This document shows positions 8,570 through 17,255 of a stretch of DNA of 55,829 bases, in pieces. The DNA comes from a virus. Lineage: Duplodnaviria > Caudoviricetes. The notes below the pieces were generated by a model that worked only from the letters and a program-made list of their open reading frames with translations, searched no databases and had not been told where the DNA came from. A program made the position numbers and the translations under genes. The number at the start of each line of letters is the position of its first letter. Position 1 is the stretch's first letter. The stretch covers positions 1 through 55,829 of the IMG/VR virus record IMGVR_UViG_3300042541_001626, one strand, 5' to 3'.

Positions 8570-8743
8570 TTAAATCTCATCTTTTTCACTTACGCTCACA
8601 TCATCTTCGTAAGTTTTTCCTTCTTGGTAATCTAAAACTTTCTCCTCTAACCAACGGACATAATGATCACTATACTTTCCGTCGCCCTTGTAGTTTCCAT
8701 ACACTTTAAAGTACTCTTTTTGTAGTTCACATCTCTTACTCAT
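8570..8743 (-). CDS. Small hypothetical protein (not in ORF track)
   Basis: MSKRCELQKEYFKVYGNYKGDG..., 57 aa, overlaps the upstream gene's stop. Confidence 0.6.
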   Translation of the reverse strand: MSKRCELQKEYFKVYGNYKGDGKYSDHYVRWLEEKVLDYQEGKTYEDDVSVSEKDEI

Positions 8744-8927
8744 CTCTATACCCTCTAGTATTAATTTCCTTTGATAGTATATGTGCTGCCTTGGTTAAGT
8801 GCATCAGTATTTGGTGATACATATAATCTTGTGAATCTACTCCATGAGTTTTCATACTGTTCAGCGCCAAATCAACACTACGAATCGCTTCATTGAACTC
8901 TACCTCATGTGGTTTTAAAGCTTTCAT
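8736..8927 (-). CDS. Hypothetical protein
   Basis: ORF in minus-strand small-gene run. Confidence 0.65.
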   Translation of the reverse strand: MKALKPHEVEFNEAIRSVDLALNSMKTHGVDSQDYMYHQILMHLTKAAHILSKEINTRGYRDE

Positions 8928-9036
8928 ATCATTTACAGATTAAAAAATGTAATATACCTTGGGTTACCATAAACCCAATTAAAAATGCTACTATTGCTAT
9001 AATTATTTTTTTCATAATGTTTTTACTTGCGGGTTG

Positions 9037-9249
9037 TTAATCTTCATCATAATTAAATTTAGTCCAATCATTAACATATTTTTGTTTATCCCCATCTTGT
9101 AGGTTCATAAAGATTGGTTCACCTTCATCAGTTCTAATAACAACCCAATCTTCACCTTCGGATTCAATAATACTACCTGTTAAATCATATCTTCTACCAG
9201 CGAAACCATTACAGTAGAAGTCCTTAATTTCTTTACCGATATTACTCAT
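9037..9249 (-). CDS. Hypothetical protein
   Basis: ORF in small-gene run. Confidence 0.65.
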   Translation of the reverse strand: MSNIGKEIKDFYCNGFAGRRYDLTGSIIESEGEDWVVIRTDEGEPIFMNLQDGDKQKYVNDWTKFNYDED

Positions 9250-9283
9250 ATTCTTTTAAGTATTAAACACCAGGTTTCATCTT

Positions 9284-9652
9284 TTAATTAAATGGATTAC
9301 ACTCTAGCTCGTGTTCAATACTTCTATTTATACAATATGATTGCCACGCAGCATTTATATCATACGCTTCGCTATCTAGTATATCAATAAAGTAATCAGA
9401 CTCATCTACTGATGCGAAATGTTTTGCAATCTTTTCTAATAGTTCGCGATCAATGTTCCATTCTATACTTAGAAGTCTTATTGTTAATTGAATTGCTTTT
9501 TCGTGAGTACAATCATCTGCAGTCTTAAATAGGTTAGGAACAGTTTCACCTTCTGGCACAATAAGTAAACCATTTGCTTCATTAATTGTTGGTGGATAAT
9601 CTGCTCTATTTTGAACTGAGCCATCTATTCTTGAAATGAATGTATTACTCAT
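9284..9652 (-). CDS. Hypothetical protein
   Basis: ORF with ATGA overlap. Confidence 0.7.
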   Translation of the reverse strand: MSNTFISRIDGSVQNRADYPPTINEANGLLIVPEGETVPNLFKTADDCTHEKAIQLTIRLLSIEWNIDRELLEKIAKHFASVDESDYFIDILDSEAYDINAAWQSYCINRSIEHELECNPFN

Positions 9653-9951
9653 AATAACTCAAGATTTTCATATTTAAAAATATGTAGCGTTTCTTTTAGT
9701 AAATCTAGTTGTTCAATATTAGTATTACCTATTATGTATTGTGATAATATAATTTGAGTAAAGTTTAATACTTCTTCCTCACTGTACATCCTTTCAGCTT
9801 GGTAATTAGCAAATTTTTCCATCAAATCTGGTATATTATCAAAACCAAATCCAGAACAATTATCTAACTGTTCTGTCATAGATTCCATAAAATCACAATC
9901 TACATCCCAATAATCTTGTATAAACTCTTCCGCTGTTAATATTTTTTCCAT
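9649..9951 (-). CDS. Hypothetical protein with QAERMYSEEEV module
   Basis: Module shared with 10150, 10871 and 11100. Confidence 0.7.
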   Translation of the reverse strand: MEKILTAEEFIQDYWDVDCDFMESMTEQLDNCSGFGFDNIPDLMEKFANYQAERMYSEEEVLNFTQIILSQYIIGNTNIEQLDLLKETLHIFKYENLELL

Positions 9952-9974
9952 AACTATTTATTTTTTATTTTTAT

Positions 9975-10148
9975 TTAATTTCCTTCTATATGATTATAAA
10001 TTAATTCCATTACCCAAGCATTTTTAAATTCATACATCCCACAAGTTTCAGCCGCTTCTTGTCTGGTGTCATAAAAATTTATTTTACCATCCTCATCTTT
10101 CATAAAGTCCATATCTCTAAGATCTATGATTACATATTGTCCTTTCAT
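9975..10148 (-). CDS. Hypothetical protein
   Basis: Start MKGQYVI follows a junction repeat. Confidence 0.65.
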   Translation of the reverse strand: MKGQYVIIDLRDMDFMKDEDGKINFYDTRQEAAETCGMYEFKNAWVMELIYNHIEGN

Positions 10149-10149
10149 A

Positions 10150-10869
10150 CTATTTCTTTTTAAGTTGTTCAAACCAATCCTCAACCGTTAACCATCTAGA
10201 ACCCAATGTTAGATTACCTAAATTATGTTTATCTCTTTTTTCTAGTATTTCTTTAACTTCTTCCTCACTATACATTCTCTCAGCTTGCCATTTAGCGCCA
10301 GCTATAAATGAATGTCTATCTGATGGGATACAGTTTATGTAATGTCTTTCAGCCGCTTCTTCTAATTTTTCTTGTTTAGGTTTAGCATAACAATCATCAT
10401 CTGACTGAGTAGTTTCAGCATCACAATATTTACAAATGTGTAATTCTTGTTTAGGTTCTTCTTGTGGTATAGTGATTTTGTAATATAAATCCCATTCTCC
10501 TTTAGTTTCCCAACTTTCTATTCTAACAAACTCACAGCTACTATTCTTAACAAACCACTCCAAGAACTCATCATCAATATCTTGAACACCATCTGCAATC
10601 AAATCTTGGTTTGTTGTTAGGATAATTTTAAATTCTTTATCAGTGGTATTGTAACCTGAATCTATAACTGCTTGGAAAATTTGATTTAATCTTTCATTGT
10701 AATACCAATCATCCTTTTTAATAGGCTCATCAGATGTGATGTACATGTTTTGATTATTACTTCTAGCTGTTTGTGGTAAAAATTGATTTGATAAACATAA
10801 ATCACCATCCCCATATTCTAAAAATAATCTACTTGATTGATCTGTTGGTAATAAAAATATATTTTTCAT
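10150..10869 (-). CDS. Mosaic hypothetical phage protein (KIILTT..LIADGVQxIDDEFLEWFVKN; AKWQAERMYSEEEV)
   Basis: Start MKNIFLLPTD; shared modules. Confidence 0.75.
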   Translation of the reverse strand: MKNIFLLPTDQSSRLFLEYGDGDLCLSNQFLPQTARSNNQNMYITSDEPIKKDDWYYNERLNQIFQAVIDSGYNTTDKEFKIILTTNQDLIADGVQDIDDEFLEWFVKNSSCEFVRIESWETKGEWDLYYKITIPQEEPKQELHICKYCDAETTQSDDDCYAKPKQEKLEEAAERHYINCIPSDRHSFIAGAKWQAERMYSEEEVKEILEKRDKHNLGNLTLGSRWLTVEDWFEQLKKK

Positions 10870-10870
10870 A

Positions 10871-11113
10871 CTATTTCTTTTTAAATTGTTCAACTAACCA
10901 TTCTCTCGCATCATGTCTATGAGAACTTGCATACATATGAAATGCTCCATCAACTAACTTAATTACTTCTTGCTCACTATACATTCTCTCAGGTTTGTAA
11001 TTAACATTTAAAGTTGAGTCTTCACTTATCTTTTTATTAATTTTACTTATTTCACTTTGAGGGATAACGTCATAATGTACACCTTCAACCCATGTATTTT
11101 TAAAGTTTTTCAT
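10871..11113 (-). CDS. Hypothetical protein with ERMYSE module
   Basis: Start MKNFKNTW. Confidence 0.65.
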   Translation of the reverse strand: MKNFKNTWVEGVHYDVIPQSEISKINKKISEDSTLNVNYKPERMYSEQEVIKLVDGAFHMYASSHRHDAREWLVEQFKKK

Positions 11114-11348
11114 CGTATTTCTCTTTAAACCACTCTTCAAATGTATCTCCATGACCAGTTTCAATAATTGCAAACATACCGTGTTCATAAGCTTTTTTCA
11201 TATCTTCCTCACTATACATTCTATCAGCTTGCCATTTAGCTCCTAATTCAAACCCATTTTTAAATGATGTTGAATATAAATTACCCTCAACATGTTCATA
11301 TAACATCCACGCGGTTTGCTTGGCTTCTTCTAATGTTTCTTTGTCCAT
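11100..11348 (-). CDS. Hypothetical protein with AKWQADRMYSEED module
   Basis: Shared module. Confidence 0.7.
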   Translation of the reverse strand: MDKETLEEAKQTAWMLYEHVEGNLYSTSFKNGFELGAKWQADRMYSEEDMKKAYEHGMFAIIETGHGDTFEEWFKEKYDEKL

Positions 11349-11444
11349 TAACTAATTGTTTTGACAAAAATAAACAAAAATTACAAACTTGTCATTAAAT
11401 TTACGAAATATTATTTAAATTGGTTTCATTATATTTATAATAAC

Positions 11445-11693
11445 ATGAAGACGTTTAATAGAAATAAAAATATTGATCAGGGTAAACACGGTGAATTAAT
11501 TGAAAGGATTGCTCTTCAATACTTTAAACATCCCGACCATATTTGTGATTTACTGTGTTTTAAGGACTCAGAAGATGGTTATATATTATTGGTCTTAAGT
11601 ACTCGATCTTTTGATGAACAAAAATTAGAAAGTTATATTAATCAATTTGTACCATTTAACATTATTGTTTTGTATCACAAGTGTACAGATTAG
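11445..11693 (+). CDS. Hypothetical protein
   Basis: TATTTAT motif before ATG 11445. Confidence 0.55.
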   Translation: MKTFNRNKNIDQGKHGELIERIALQYFKHPDHICDLLCFKDSEDGYILLVLSTRSFDEQKLESYINQFVPFNIIVLYHKCTD

Positions 11694-11753
11694 TTATTAA
11701 ACTAATCAACAATTTCACTATATAAATAATAAAAAAATCACTATATTTGTTGT

Positions 11754-12470
11754 ATGGAAAATTTAAATAAACTCATTGCTTTTGGTGATACTCACGGAAG
11801 AAGTAAATGGAAATATATTGTTGAGAAGGAGAAGGATATTAATCGAATAATATTTGTTGGTGATTACTTCGATGATAAAGATGGTAAATACGACCCTAAT
11901 GAACAAATTGAGAATTTTAAAGAGATTATCGAATTTAAAAGAAGTAATCCCGAAAAGGTAATTCTTTTAATTGGTAATCATGACTTCCATTACCTGAAAG
12001 GTGTTAATGAAGAATATTCCTCATACCAATTCGGTAATTCCAAAAATATCAATCAAGTGTTACAACCCGCTGTTGATGAAGGTTTGTTACAAATGTGTTA
12101 TAAACACGATAATAACTTCTTTAGTCACGCTGGAATAACTAAAACATGGTGTGAGAATTGTGGTATAGATACGAATAATTTACAGGAATCTGTTAATAAC
12201 CTATTTAAAACCGATATAACTAAGTTTAAATTCACCATTGGTGATAACTACAGTCGGAGCGGAAATGATGTTACACAATCTCCCATATGGGTTAGACCAC
12301 AATCTTTAGTGAAGGATATGGTGGAAGGTATTGTTTGTATTGTTGGTCATACTCAGGTTAAAGACCTAACTATCTTAAATGACGATAATCTAATTCTTAT
12401 TGATTGTTTGGGAACAACCAATAGTTATTTAGTTATAGAAAACCACACAGTTAAAATAGGTAATTCGTAG
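11754..12470 (+). CDS. Calcineurin-like metallophosphoesterase
   Basis: GDTHG, GDYFD, GNHD, SHAG and VGHT motifs. Confidence 0.92.
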   Translation: MENLNKLIAFGDTHGRSKWKYIVEKEKDINRIIFVGDYFDDKDGKYDPNEQIENFKEIIEFKRSNPEKVILLIGNHDFHYLKGVNEEYSSYQFGNSKNINQVLQPAVDEGLLQMCYKHDNNFFSHAGITKTWCENCGIDTNNLQESVNNLFKTDITKFKFTIGDNYSRSGNDVTQSPIWVRPQSLVKDMVEGIVCIVGHTQVKDLTILNDDNLILIDCLGTTNSYLVIENHTVKIGNS

Positions 12471-12491
12471 TACCACCATATTTATAATAAC

Positions 12492-13004
12492 ATGAAGATT
12501 ATTATATCAGAGAATCAAAAGAAAAATTTACTTAAATCTATTGTTAAAAAACATGGGTGGGAATACGCTTCCAAACTTGCCGGTAAACCAGAAGAGTTGG
12601 CAAAATTGACATTCGACAATGATCCGATGGAGTTCCTACATATGTTTAACGATATGGATTTTGTTCAGTCAAAAAGTGAAAAAGACTGGACATTGTATCG
12701 TTATGAAAAGGGACATAATCTGATGATTTACGATAGAAAAAATAAATATGTTTACATAGATTATTCTGACATTTGGTTATTTTTGGAAGATGGTTTCGGA
12801 CTTAACTACTCTGAGACACAGGAACTTACAACAAGATGGGTGGATGAAGCATACAATTTAAGGGGGGTTACAACGAGATTTGGTTTAGTTCAACAGAAAA
12901 TGGTGGTGGATGAAGCATACAATTTAAGGGGAGTCACTATTACCCCACAAGTACCCCACAAGTACCCCACAAGTACCCCAAAGTGGATGAATCATACAAA
13001 TTAA
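12492..13004 (+). CDS. Array-bearing protein, family B
   Basis: Paralog of 1885. MKIIISENQ leader. Tail of VDEAYNLRGVT units. Confidence 0.8.
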   Translation: MKIIISENQKKNLLKSIVKKHGWEYASKLAGKPEELAKLTFDNDPMEFLHMFNDMDFVQSKSEKDWTLYRYEKGHNLMIYDRKNKYVYIDYSDIWLFLEDGFGLNYSETQELTTRWVDEAYNLRGVTTRFGLVQQKMVVDEAYNLRGVTITPQVPHKYPTSTPKWMNHTN

Positions 13005-13017
13005 GAGGAGTCACTAT
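12839..13017 (+). CRISPR. In-frame CRISPR-like array, second repeat type, 3 repeats / 2 spacers
   Basis: GGTGGATGAAGCATACAATTTAAGGGGGGTTACAAC (36 nt) at 12839, variants at 12905 and 12982. Spacers are 30 nt and 41 nt. Confidence 0.6.
12941..12980 (+). repeat. 11-nt tandem repeat TACCCCACAAG x3.6
   Basis: Read directly; occupies spacer 2. Confidence 0.9.
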
Positions 13018-13038
13018 CATACCATCCAAATTGAAAAA

Positions 13039-13299
13039 TCAATTAGTTTCATTATATAATCCAAGGTATTTGTTTCTAATCTCTAAAGCTAATTTTTTTT
13101 GAGAAAATGTGGGCACATTACCAAACCCATCTATTACATCCATAAATGTCTCATGTTCCTTATTGTCAGAATATCTATAAATGAAATTCATTTCATCCTC
13201 TGTAATGTTATACGTGGACATTACCACATCATCCATAACATTCATAAGGTTTGTCCCACCTTTAATACAATCAATCACTTCAGATCTAAGGATTTTCAT
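13039..13299 (-). CDS. Hypothetical protein
   Basis: ORF, 86 aa. Confidence 0.65.
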   Translation of the reverse strand: MKILRSEVIDCIKGGTNLMNVMDDVVMSTYNITEDEMNFIYRYSDNKEHETFMDVIDGFGNVPTFSQKKLALEIRNKYLGLYNETN

Positions 13300-13519
13300 A
13301 CTACTTTTTTTTTATTGTACCAATGGTTATATATAAAAATATAACCAAGAGAACTGTAAAATACGCAATCCTATAACCTTCTTCCCATGAATCGGGGTTT
13401 AAGATTTTTTTTATAAAGCAAGATGTTAAATACGCCAGTATTATTAATACCAAATACACAATATACTTTTTCATAATCTTCCCTTGTTTAATTTGTTTTA
13501 CAAATATATATAATCTATT

Positions 13520-13693
13520 TTAATTAACCAACGGTTTTTTAACTATTTCAAATGAATCTATAATCTGTTGCTTCTCCATTTCTTTAGCTTGTTTAATTAG
13601 TAAATCTAATTGTTCCCATTCTATTTTACAAAATTGTGGGTCACCATATGATTCTAATTCTTTGCCTAACCACTCTACAGCTGTTTGTTTCAT
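13520..13693 (-). CDS. Small QTAVEWL-family protein
   Basis: MKQTAVEWL...QAKEMEKQQIID; paralog of 14333 and 14550. Confidence 0.7.
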   Translation of the reverse strand: MKQTAVEWLGKELESYGDPQFCKIEWEQLDLLIKQAKEMEKQQIIDSFEIVKKPLVN

Positions 13694-13694
13694 C

Positions 13695-13856
13695 TTATTC
13701 TGATTTAAATGTTTTACCACACCTGCTACATTTAGAAACTTTTGGCATTCTACCATCATTAGGTATAAATCCAAATTCATCTATACAATCTTTAATCTTA
13801 CATGTCCAATTATGCCATCCTAACTTACATTGGATTTTACCTATTAATTTTTTCAT
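13695..13856 (-). CDS. Small Cys/His-rich protein (not in ORF track)
   Basis: MKKLIGKIQCKLGWHNW...KCSRCGKTFKSE, lying between two junction repeats. Confidence 0.65.
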   Translation of the reverse strand: MKKLIGKIQCKLGWHNWTCKIKDCIDEFGFIPNDGRMPKVSKCSRCGKTFKSE

Positions 13857-13857
13857 C

Positions 13858-14127
13858 TTATTCTGATTTATTTAATTCATCTTGAAATAATTTTGCTATT
13901 CTAGGACTAAAAGGTCCTATTGGTATTTTTTTTTTACTACCCCACCTGTTTGAGAAGTAAGTGTCGGTTTTAAGTCGGTATTTAAATTGCTCTTTAGTGT
14001 GAGGTTTTATTTTAATAGGTTCTATACTATAAACACTACCATCATTTGGGTCAATCTCAACAGACCAATTATTTAAATAATATTCATATGTCTCATCAAT
14101 AATCTGATTATTTCTTTCTTTATTCAT
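13858..14127 (-). CDS. Hypothetical protein ending KSE
   Basis: Cassette-run ORF. Confidence 0.65.
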   Translation of the reverse strand: MNKERNNQIIDETYEYYLNNWSVEIDPNDGSVYSIEPIKIKPHTKEQFKYRLKTDTYFSNRWGSKKKIPIGPFSPRIAKLFQDELNKSE

Positions 14128-14160
14128 ATATCACAAATTCTTTTTTCATCTTATTCTGAT

Positions 14161-14331
14161 TTAAAGGTTTTTACTTGTTGGTTTTCCTTTTGTTTCAACC
14201 CAAAGTTTTAACTCATTATATAAAATAATGTCATTATTAAATGTTGATCCAAATCCTTTAAACATATAAAGAAATTGTTTTGCCCACCATAGTTTAAACT
14301 TAAATGGTAATTTGTGAAAGTGTTTTTTCAT
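14161..14331 (-). CDS. Small hypothetical protein
   Basis: Start MKKHFHK at a junction repeat. Confidence 0.6.
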   Translation of the reverse strand: MKKHFHKLPFKFKLWWAKQFLYMFKGFGSTFNNDIILYNELKLWVETKGKPTSKNL

Positions 14332-14332
14332 C

Positions 14333-14548
14333 TTATTCTGATTTAAAAGTTTCGTTGTAATATTGTTCAGGTAGATAAGATCCATCATAATTACATTCAC
14401 TACCAACATAAAATCCATCCATTATTTGTTCCTTTTCCATTTCTTTGGCTTGAAAAATTATATCTTTAAAATGATCTTCCATCTGTTTTTTAGACCAATT
14501 CATTGGAGTTAGTTTTTCTACTAACCATTCTACTGCTGTCTGTTCCAT
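14333..14548 (-). CDS. Small QTAVEWL-family protein
   Basis: MEQTAVEWL...YYNETFKSE. Confidence 0.7.
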   Translation of the reverse strand: MEQTAVEWLVEKLTPMNWSKKQMEDHFKDIIFQAKEMEKEQIMDGFYVGSECNYDGSYLPEQYYNETFKSE

Positions 14549-14549
14549 T

Positions 14550-14771
14550 TTATTCCGATTTGAATGTTTTATTATAATAGTCATTCGCCTCTCCATTTCT
14601 ACTTCTAGGACCAAATGGTGGACTATAAAATCCATCAATATGTGCATCAATAATCTGTTGCTTCTCCTTTTCTATGGCTTGTTTAAGTAATAACCCAAAA
14701 CCTGATTTACCTACGTTTAAATCGTAGCTGTTCCATTTTTCTTCTAACCATTCTACTGCCGTTTTTTCCAT
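14550..14771 (-). CDS. Small KTAVEWL-family protein
   Basis: MEKTAVEWL...YYNKTFKSE. Confidence 0.7.
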   Translation of the reverse strand: MEKTAVEWLEEKWNSYDLNVGKSGFGLLLKQAIEKEKQQIIDAHIDGFYSPPFGPRSRNGEANDYYNKTFKSE

Positions 14772-14772
14772 G

Positions 14773-15000
14773 TTATAATTTTTCTATTTCAGATTTAACT
14801 TCTTCCCAATAATTAAACTGATTCTCTGAGGTTGTAAGGTCAGTGATAACAATTGAATTAATAATCTCATCAACAGCAATTAAAGCACATCGTATCGCAT
14901 CAGCATATTCACCAGTCGTATCTTGTGCATGAACCGCAGTATAAGTCATTGGATGAAACCTTTTAACTAACAGCTCAGCCCTTTCTTTTGGTGTTGTCAT
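14773..15000 (-). CDS. Hypothetical phage protein (TPKERA..CALIAVDEII..YWEEVK type)
   Basis: ORF in operon. Confidence 0.7.
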   Translation of the reverse strand: MTTPKERAELLVKRFHPMTYTAVHAQDTTGEYADAIRCALIAVDEIINSIVITDLTTSENQFNYWEEVKSEIEKL

Positions 15001-15272
15001 AACCCTTTAAAGTCTTTTTCATCTGTTATTAAATACCAATCACCATCATCCAATTTCATCTCATAACCATAATCCCTCATGCAGATGTGTAATTGTTTGC
15101 CCTCCTCAGTTTCAAGAGTAATAGAATTATATATCTCCTTTAAAACAATCTGATTCTCTATAGTTTCAATTCTCATAACTCTTAAAATATGTAATATTCG
15201 ACTGCCGTCTGTTTCATATTTCAAATATAGTGAAATTAAATTGGTTAGTCAAAAACAAAATTAAAATATTAC

Positions 15273-15309
15273 GATGTCACTAAGATGTCACTAAGATGTC
15301 ACTAAGATG
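15273..15309 (+). repeat. 11-nt tandem repeat GATGTCACTAA x3.4
   Basis: Read directly; intergenic. Confidence 0.9.
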
Positions 15310-15393
15310 GGGTTTACAAAACAGAATTAAAATAGTAATCTTTATAATGGATGGGGATTAATTATTTATTTTTAAATTGTCTATTTATTACAT

Positions 15394-15744
15394 ATGATTA
15401 GTGATCGATTGATAGATATTATACATAAGAAGTTATACACAGACTTAAATAATGTTGAGATAATCCATCACTATAATAGTATATGGTTTATCGATAGAAA
15501 AGAAAAGTTTTGGTATTTCAAATATGAAACCAATACTCATAAACTATATTGGAAAGGATCTTACTTCGCAAACTTTTTTACATTTTTCTCCATGGGTGAA
15601 CGTGAGTTTACTGGTATTCTTTCCGATTGGTCGGAAAAGATTTTCAACTGTAAAGTGAAAATAACCCAAAGACTTGAAATTAATATGGATCAACATTTGG
15701 AAGAGGTTCTTAATTATAAGAAAAGCGATGATCTCATTTCATAA
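15394..15744 (+). CDS. Family A paralog with a degenerate two-repeat tail
   Basis: MISDRL..WFIDRKEKFWY. Degenerate repeats at 15630 and 15696, 66 nt apart. Confidence 0.8.
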   Translation: MISDRLIDIIHKKLYTDLNNVEIIHHYNSIWFIDRKEKFWYFKYETNTHKLYWKGSYFANFFTFFSMGEREFTGILSDWSEKIFNCKVKITQRLEINMDQHLEEVLNYKKSDDLIS

Positions 15745-15820
15745 TTAAAATTACATTTAATATCCTCTAATTACACATTTACCATACATAAACAGATAAT
15801 TAATGTTATTATATAACCGC

Positions 15821-16087
15821 TTAAATATATGTAATTTCATAACGATTTTCAGGAATAAAATTTGAAATAAAATCCGATAAAATACGACCATTAATTTTAC
15901 GTAACGTATTTATCATTTCTTGGACAACCTTATCATCACTATGGTTATACCCCCATTTTATCATGATCTTATATATATTACCATCAAACTCAACGGTAAC
16001 ATCCTTATTAACACCTTCAAGGATATTCTCCATAGCTGTCTTTCTCTTTTTAATTAGAAATTCAACATGCCCACTTAAATCTTTCAT
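15821..16087 (-). CDS. Hypothetical protein
   Basis: ORF. Confidence 0.6.
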   Translation of the reverse strand: MKDLSGHVEFLIKKRKTAMENILEGVNKDVTVEFDGNIYKIMIKWGYNHSDDKVVQEMINTLRKINGRILSDFISNFIPENRYEITYI

Positions 16088-16307
16088 CGTTATATCCCTT
16101 AATTAAATCCTGTAACACCTCATCATTTTTTGATAACTTCAATACTTTGATCCAAGAAGTTTTGGATAGACTATGTCCGAACCTACCTAAGACGTTGTTA
16201 GTCGTTCCGTAATACTTCTCAGGATAGTTCTCCTTAATATGTTGTTTAACTTTGTCCTCAACTTTCCCTATGGACATTGCTTGTTCGTATGTAAGATCTT
16301 TTATCAT
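16062..16307 (-). CDS. Hypothetical protein
   Basis: ORF with TAnnTTTG upstream. Confidence 0.6.
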   Translation of the reverse strand: MIKDLTYEQAMSIGKVEDKVKQHIKENYPEKYYGTTNNVLGRFGHSLSKTSWIKVLKLSKNDEVLQDLIKGYNDERFKWAC

Positions 16308-16433
16308 ATCACAAAAATAGTAAATAATTCGGATTATACGTTTTGAAATTAAATTAATTATTTAAATAATTGATAAAGTTATTTTAATTAAAAAAAAATA
16401 AGTATATTTATAGAATAATTAAACAGACGCATT

Positions 16434-16622
16434 ATGAACTCAAAACTTTCATTTAATTTCGGATACACAAAACAAATGTCAGACACGTTTAACAACGAGT
16501 TGAAAGAATCTGATAAATGTTCAGTTCAGAATCCTGATTTTTACGGTAAATGGAATTTGGTCAAATTTGGCACACCCGAATATGAATCGGCCTTCAATAA
16601 AAAAAGAAATAAAAAACGATGA
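16434..16622 (+). CDS. Small hypothetical protein
   Basis: ATGA-coupled to the next gene. Confidence 0.6.
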   Translation: MNSKLSFNFGYTKQMSDTFNNELKESDKCSVQNPDFYGKWNLVKFGTPEYESAFNKKRNKKR

Positions 16623-17236
16623 GAAGTTTAATTAAAGAACTATTAAATGAAATTAAATTTTCACAAGAAAGGGCTGACGAATTAAAAGATAAGTTTGGAT
16701 GGAGATTTGTACAAAGTCAAAACCCAAAATCTGATAAAAAATATAAAAAACTACACATCTATACGTTCAAAACCCCAAAATATAAATATAATGTTCATAT
16801 TGAGGAATATGAGTATGATTATTATTTAATCTCTTTTTTCCCAAAACTGAATAAAGATTTTTTTGTAAAACAATCAAATCTGGGATCCAAAGGCGCTGAA
16901 CATTATGATGAATATTCGTACCTAACTAAAGAAAACATACCACTACAAATCCTATCTTTAATGGTTTCCGAAATGAAACAGATTTTAAAAGAAAAACCTT
17001 ATGCGTCATTTGGTTATTTTGGTGCGGCCGATTATAAAACAGGTGGAGATGAAGATTTATTTAACACAAAAAGAGTTAGAATATATAATAAGATGATTGA
17101 AGACGAATTATCGAATACTCATGTGGTTTTGTCAGACCCTACGTTTAGCGGATCAGTTATTATAAATAAAGATGTTTTAAAAGAATACCCACATTACGAA
17201 CAATACTGTGTCGATGTATTAGTATCACACTTATAA
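16619..17236 (+). CDS. Hypothetical protein with MRSLIKELLNE leader
   Basis: ORF, 205 aa. Confidence 0.75.
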   Translation: MRSLIKELLNEIKFSQERADELKDKFGWRFVQSQNPKSDKKYKKLHIYTFKTPKYKYNVHIEEYEYDYYLISFFPKLNKDFFVKQSNLGSKGAEHYDEYSYLTKENIPLQILSLMVSEMKQILKEKPYASFGYFGAADYKTGGDEDLFNTKRVRIYNKMIEDELSNTHVVLSDPTFSGSVIINKDVLKEYPHYEQYCVDVLVSHL

Positions 17237-17255
17237 ATCCATACCCAATCGGTCA

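Larger units (their letters stand above)
13691..14564 (-). repeat. Dispersed gene-junction repeat TAAATCAGAATAAGATG (5 copies)
   Basis: Plus-strand CATCTTATTCTGATTTA at 13691, 13854, 14147 and 14329, with a variant at 14546. Confidence 0.85.
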
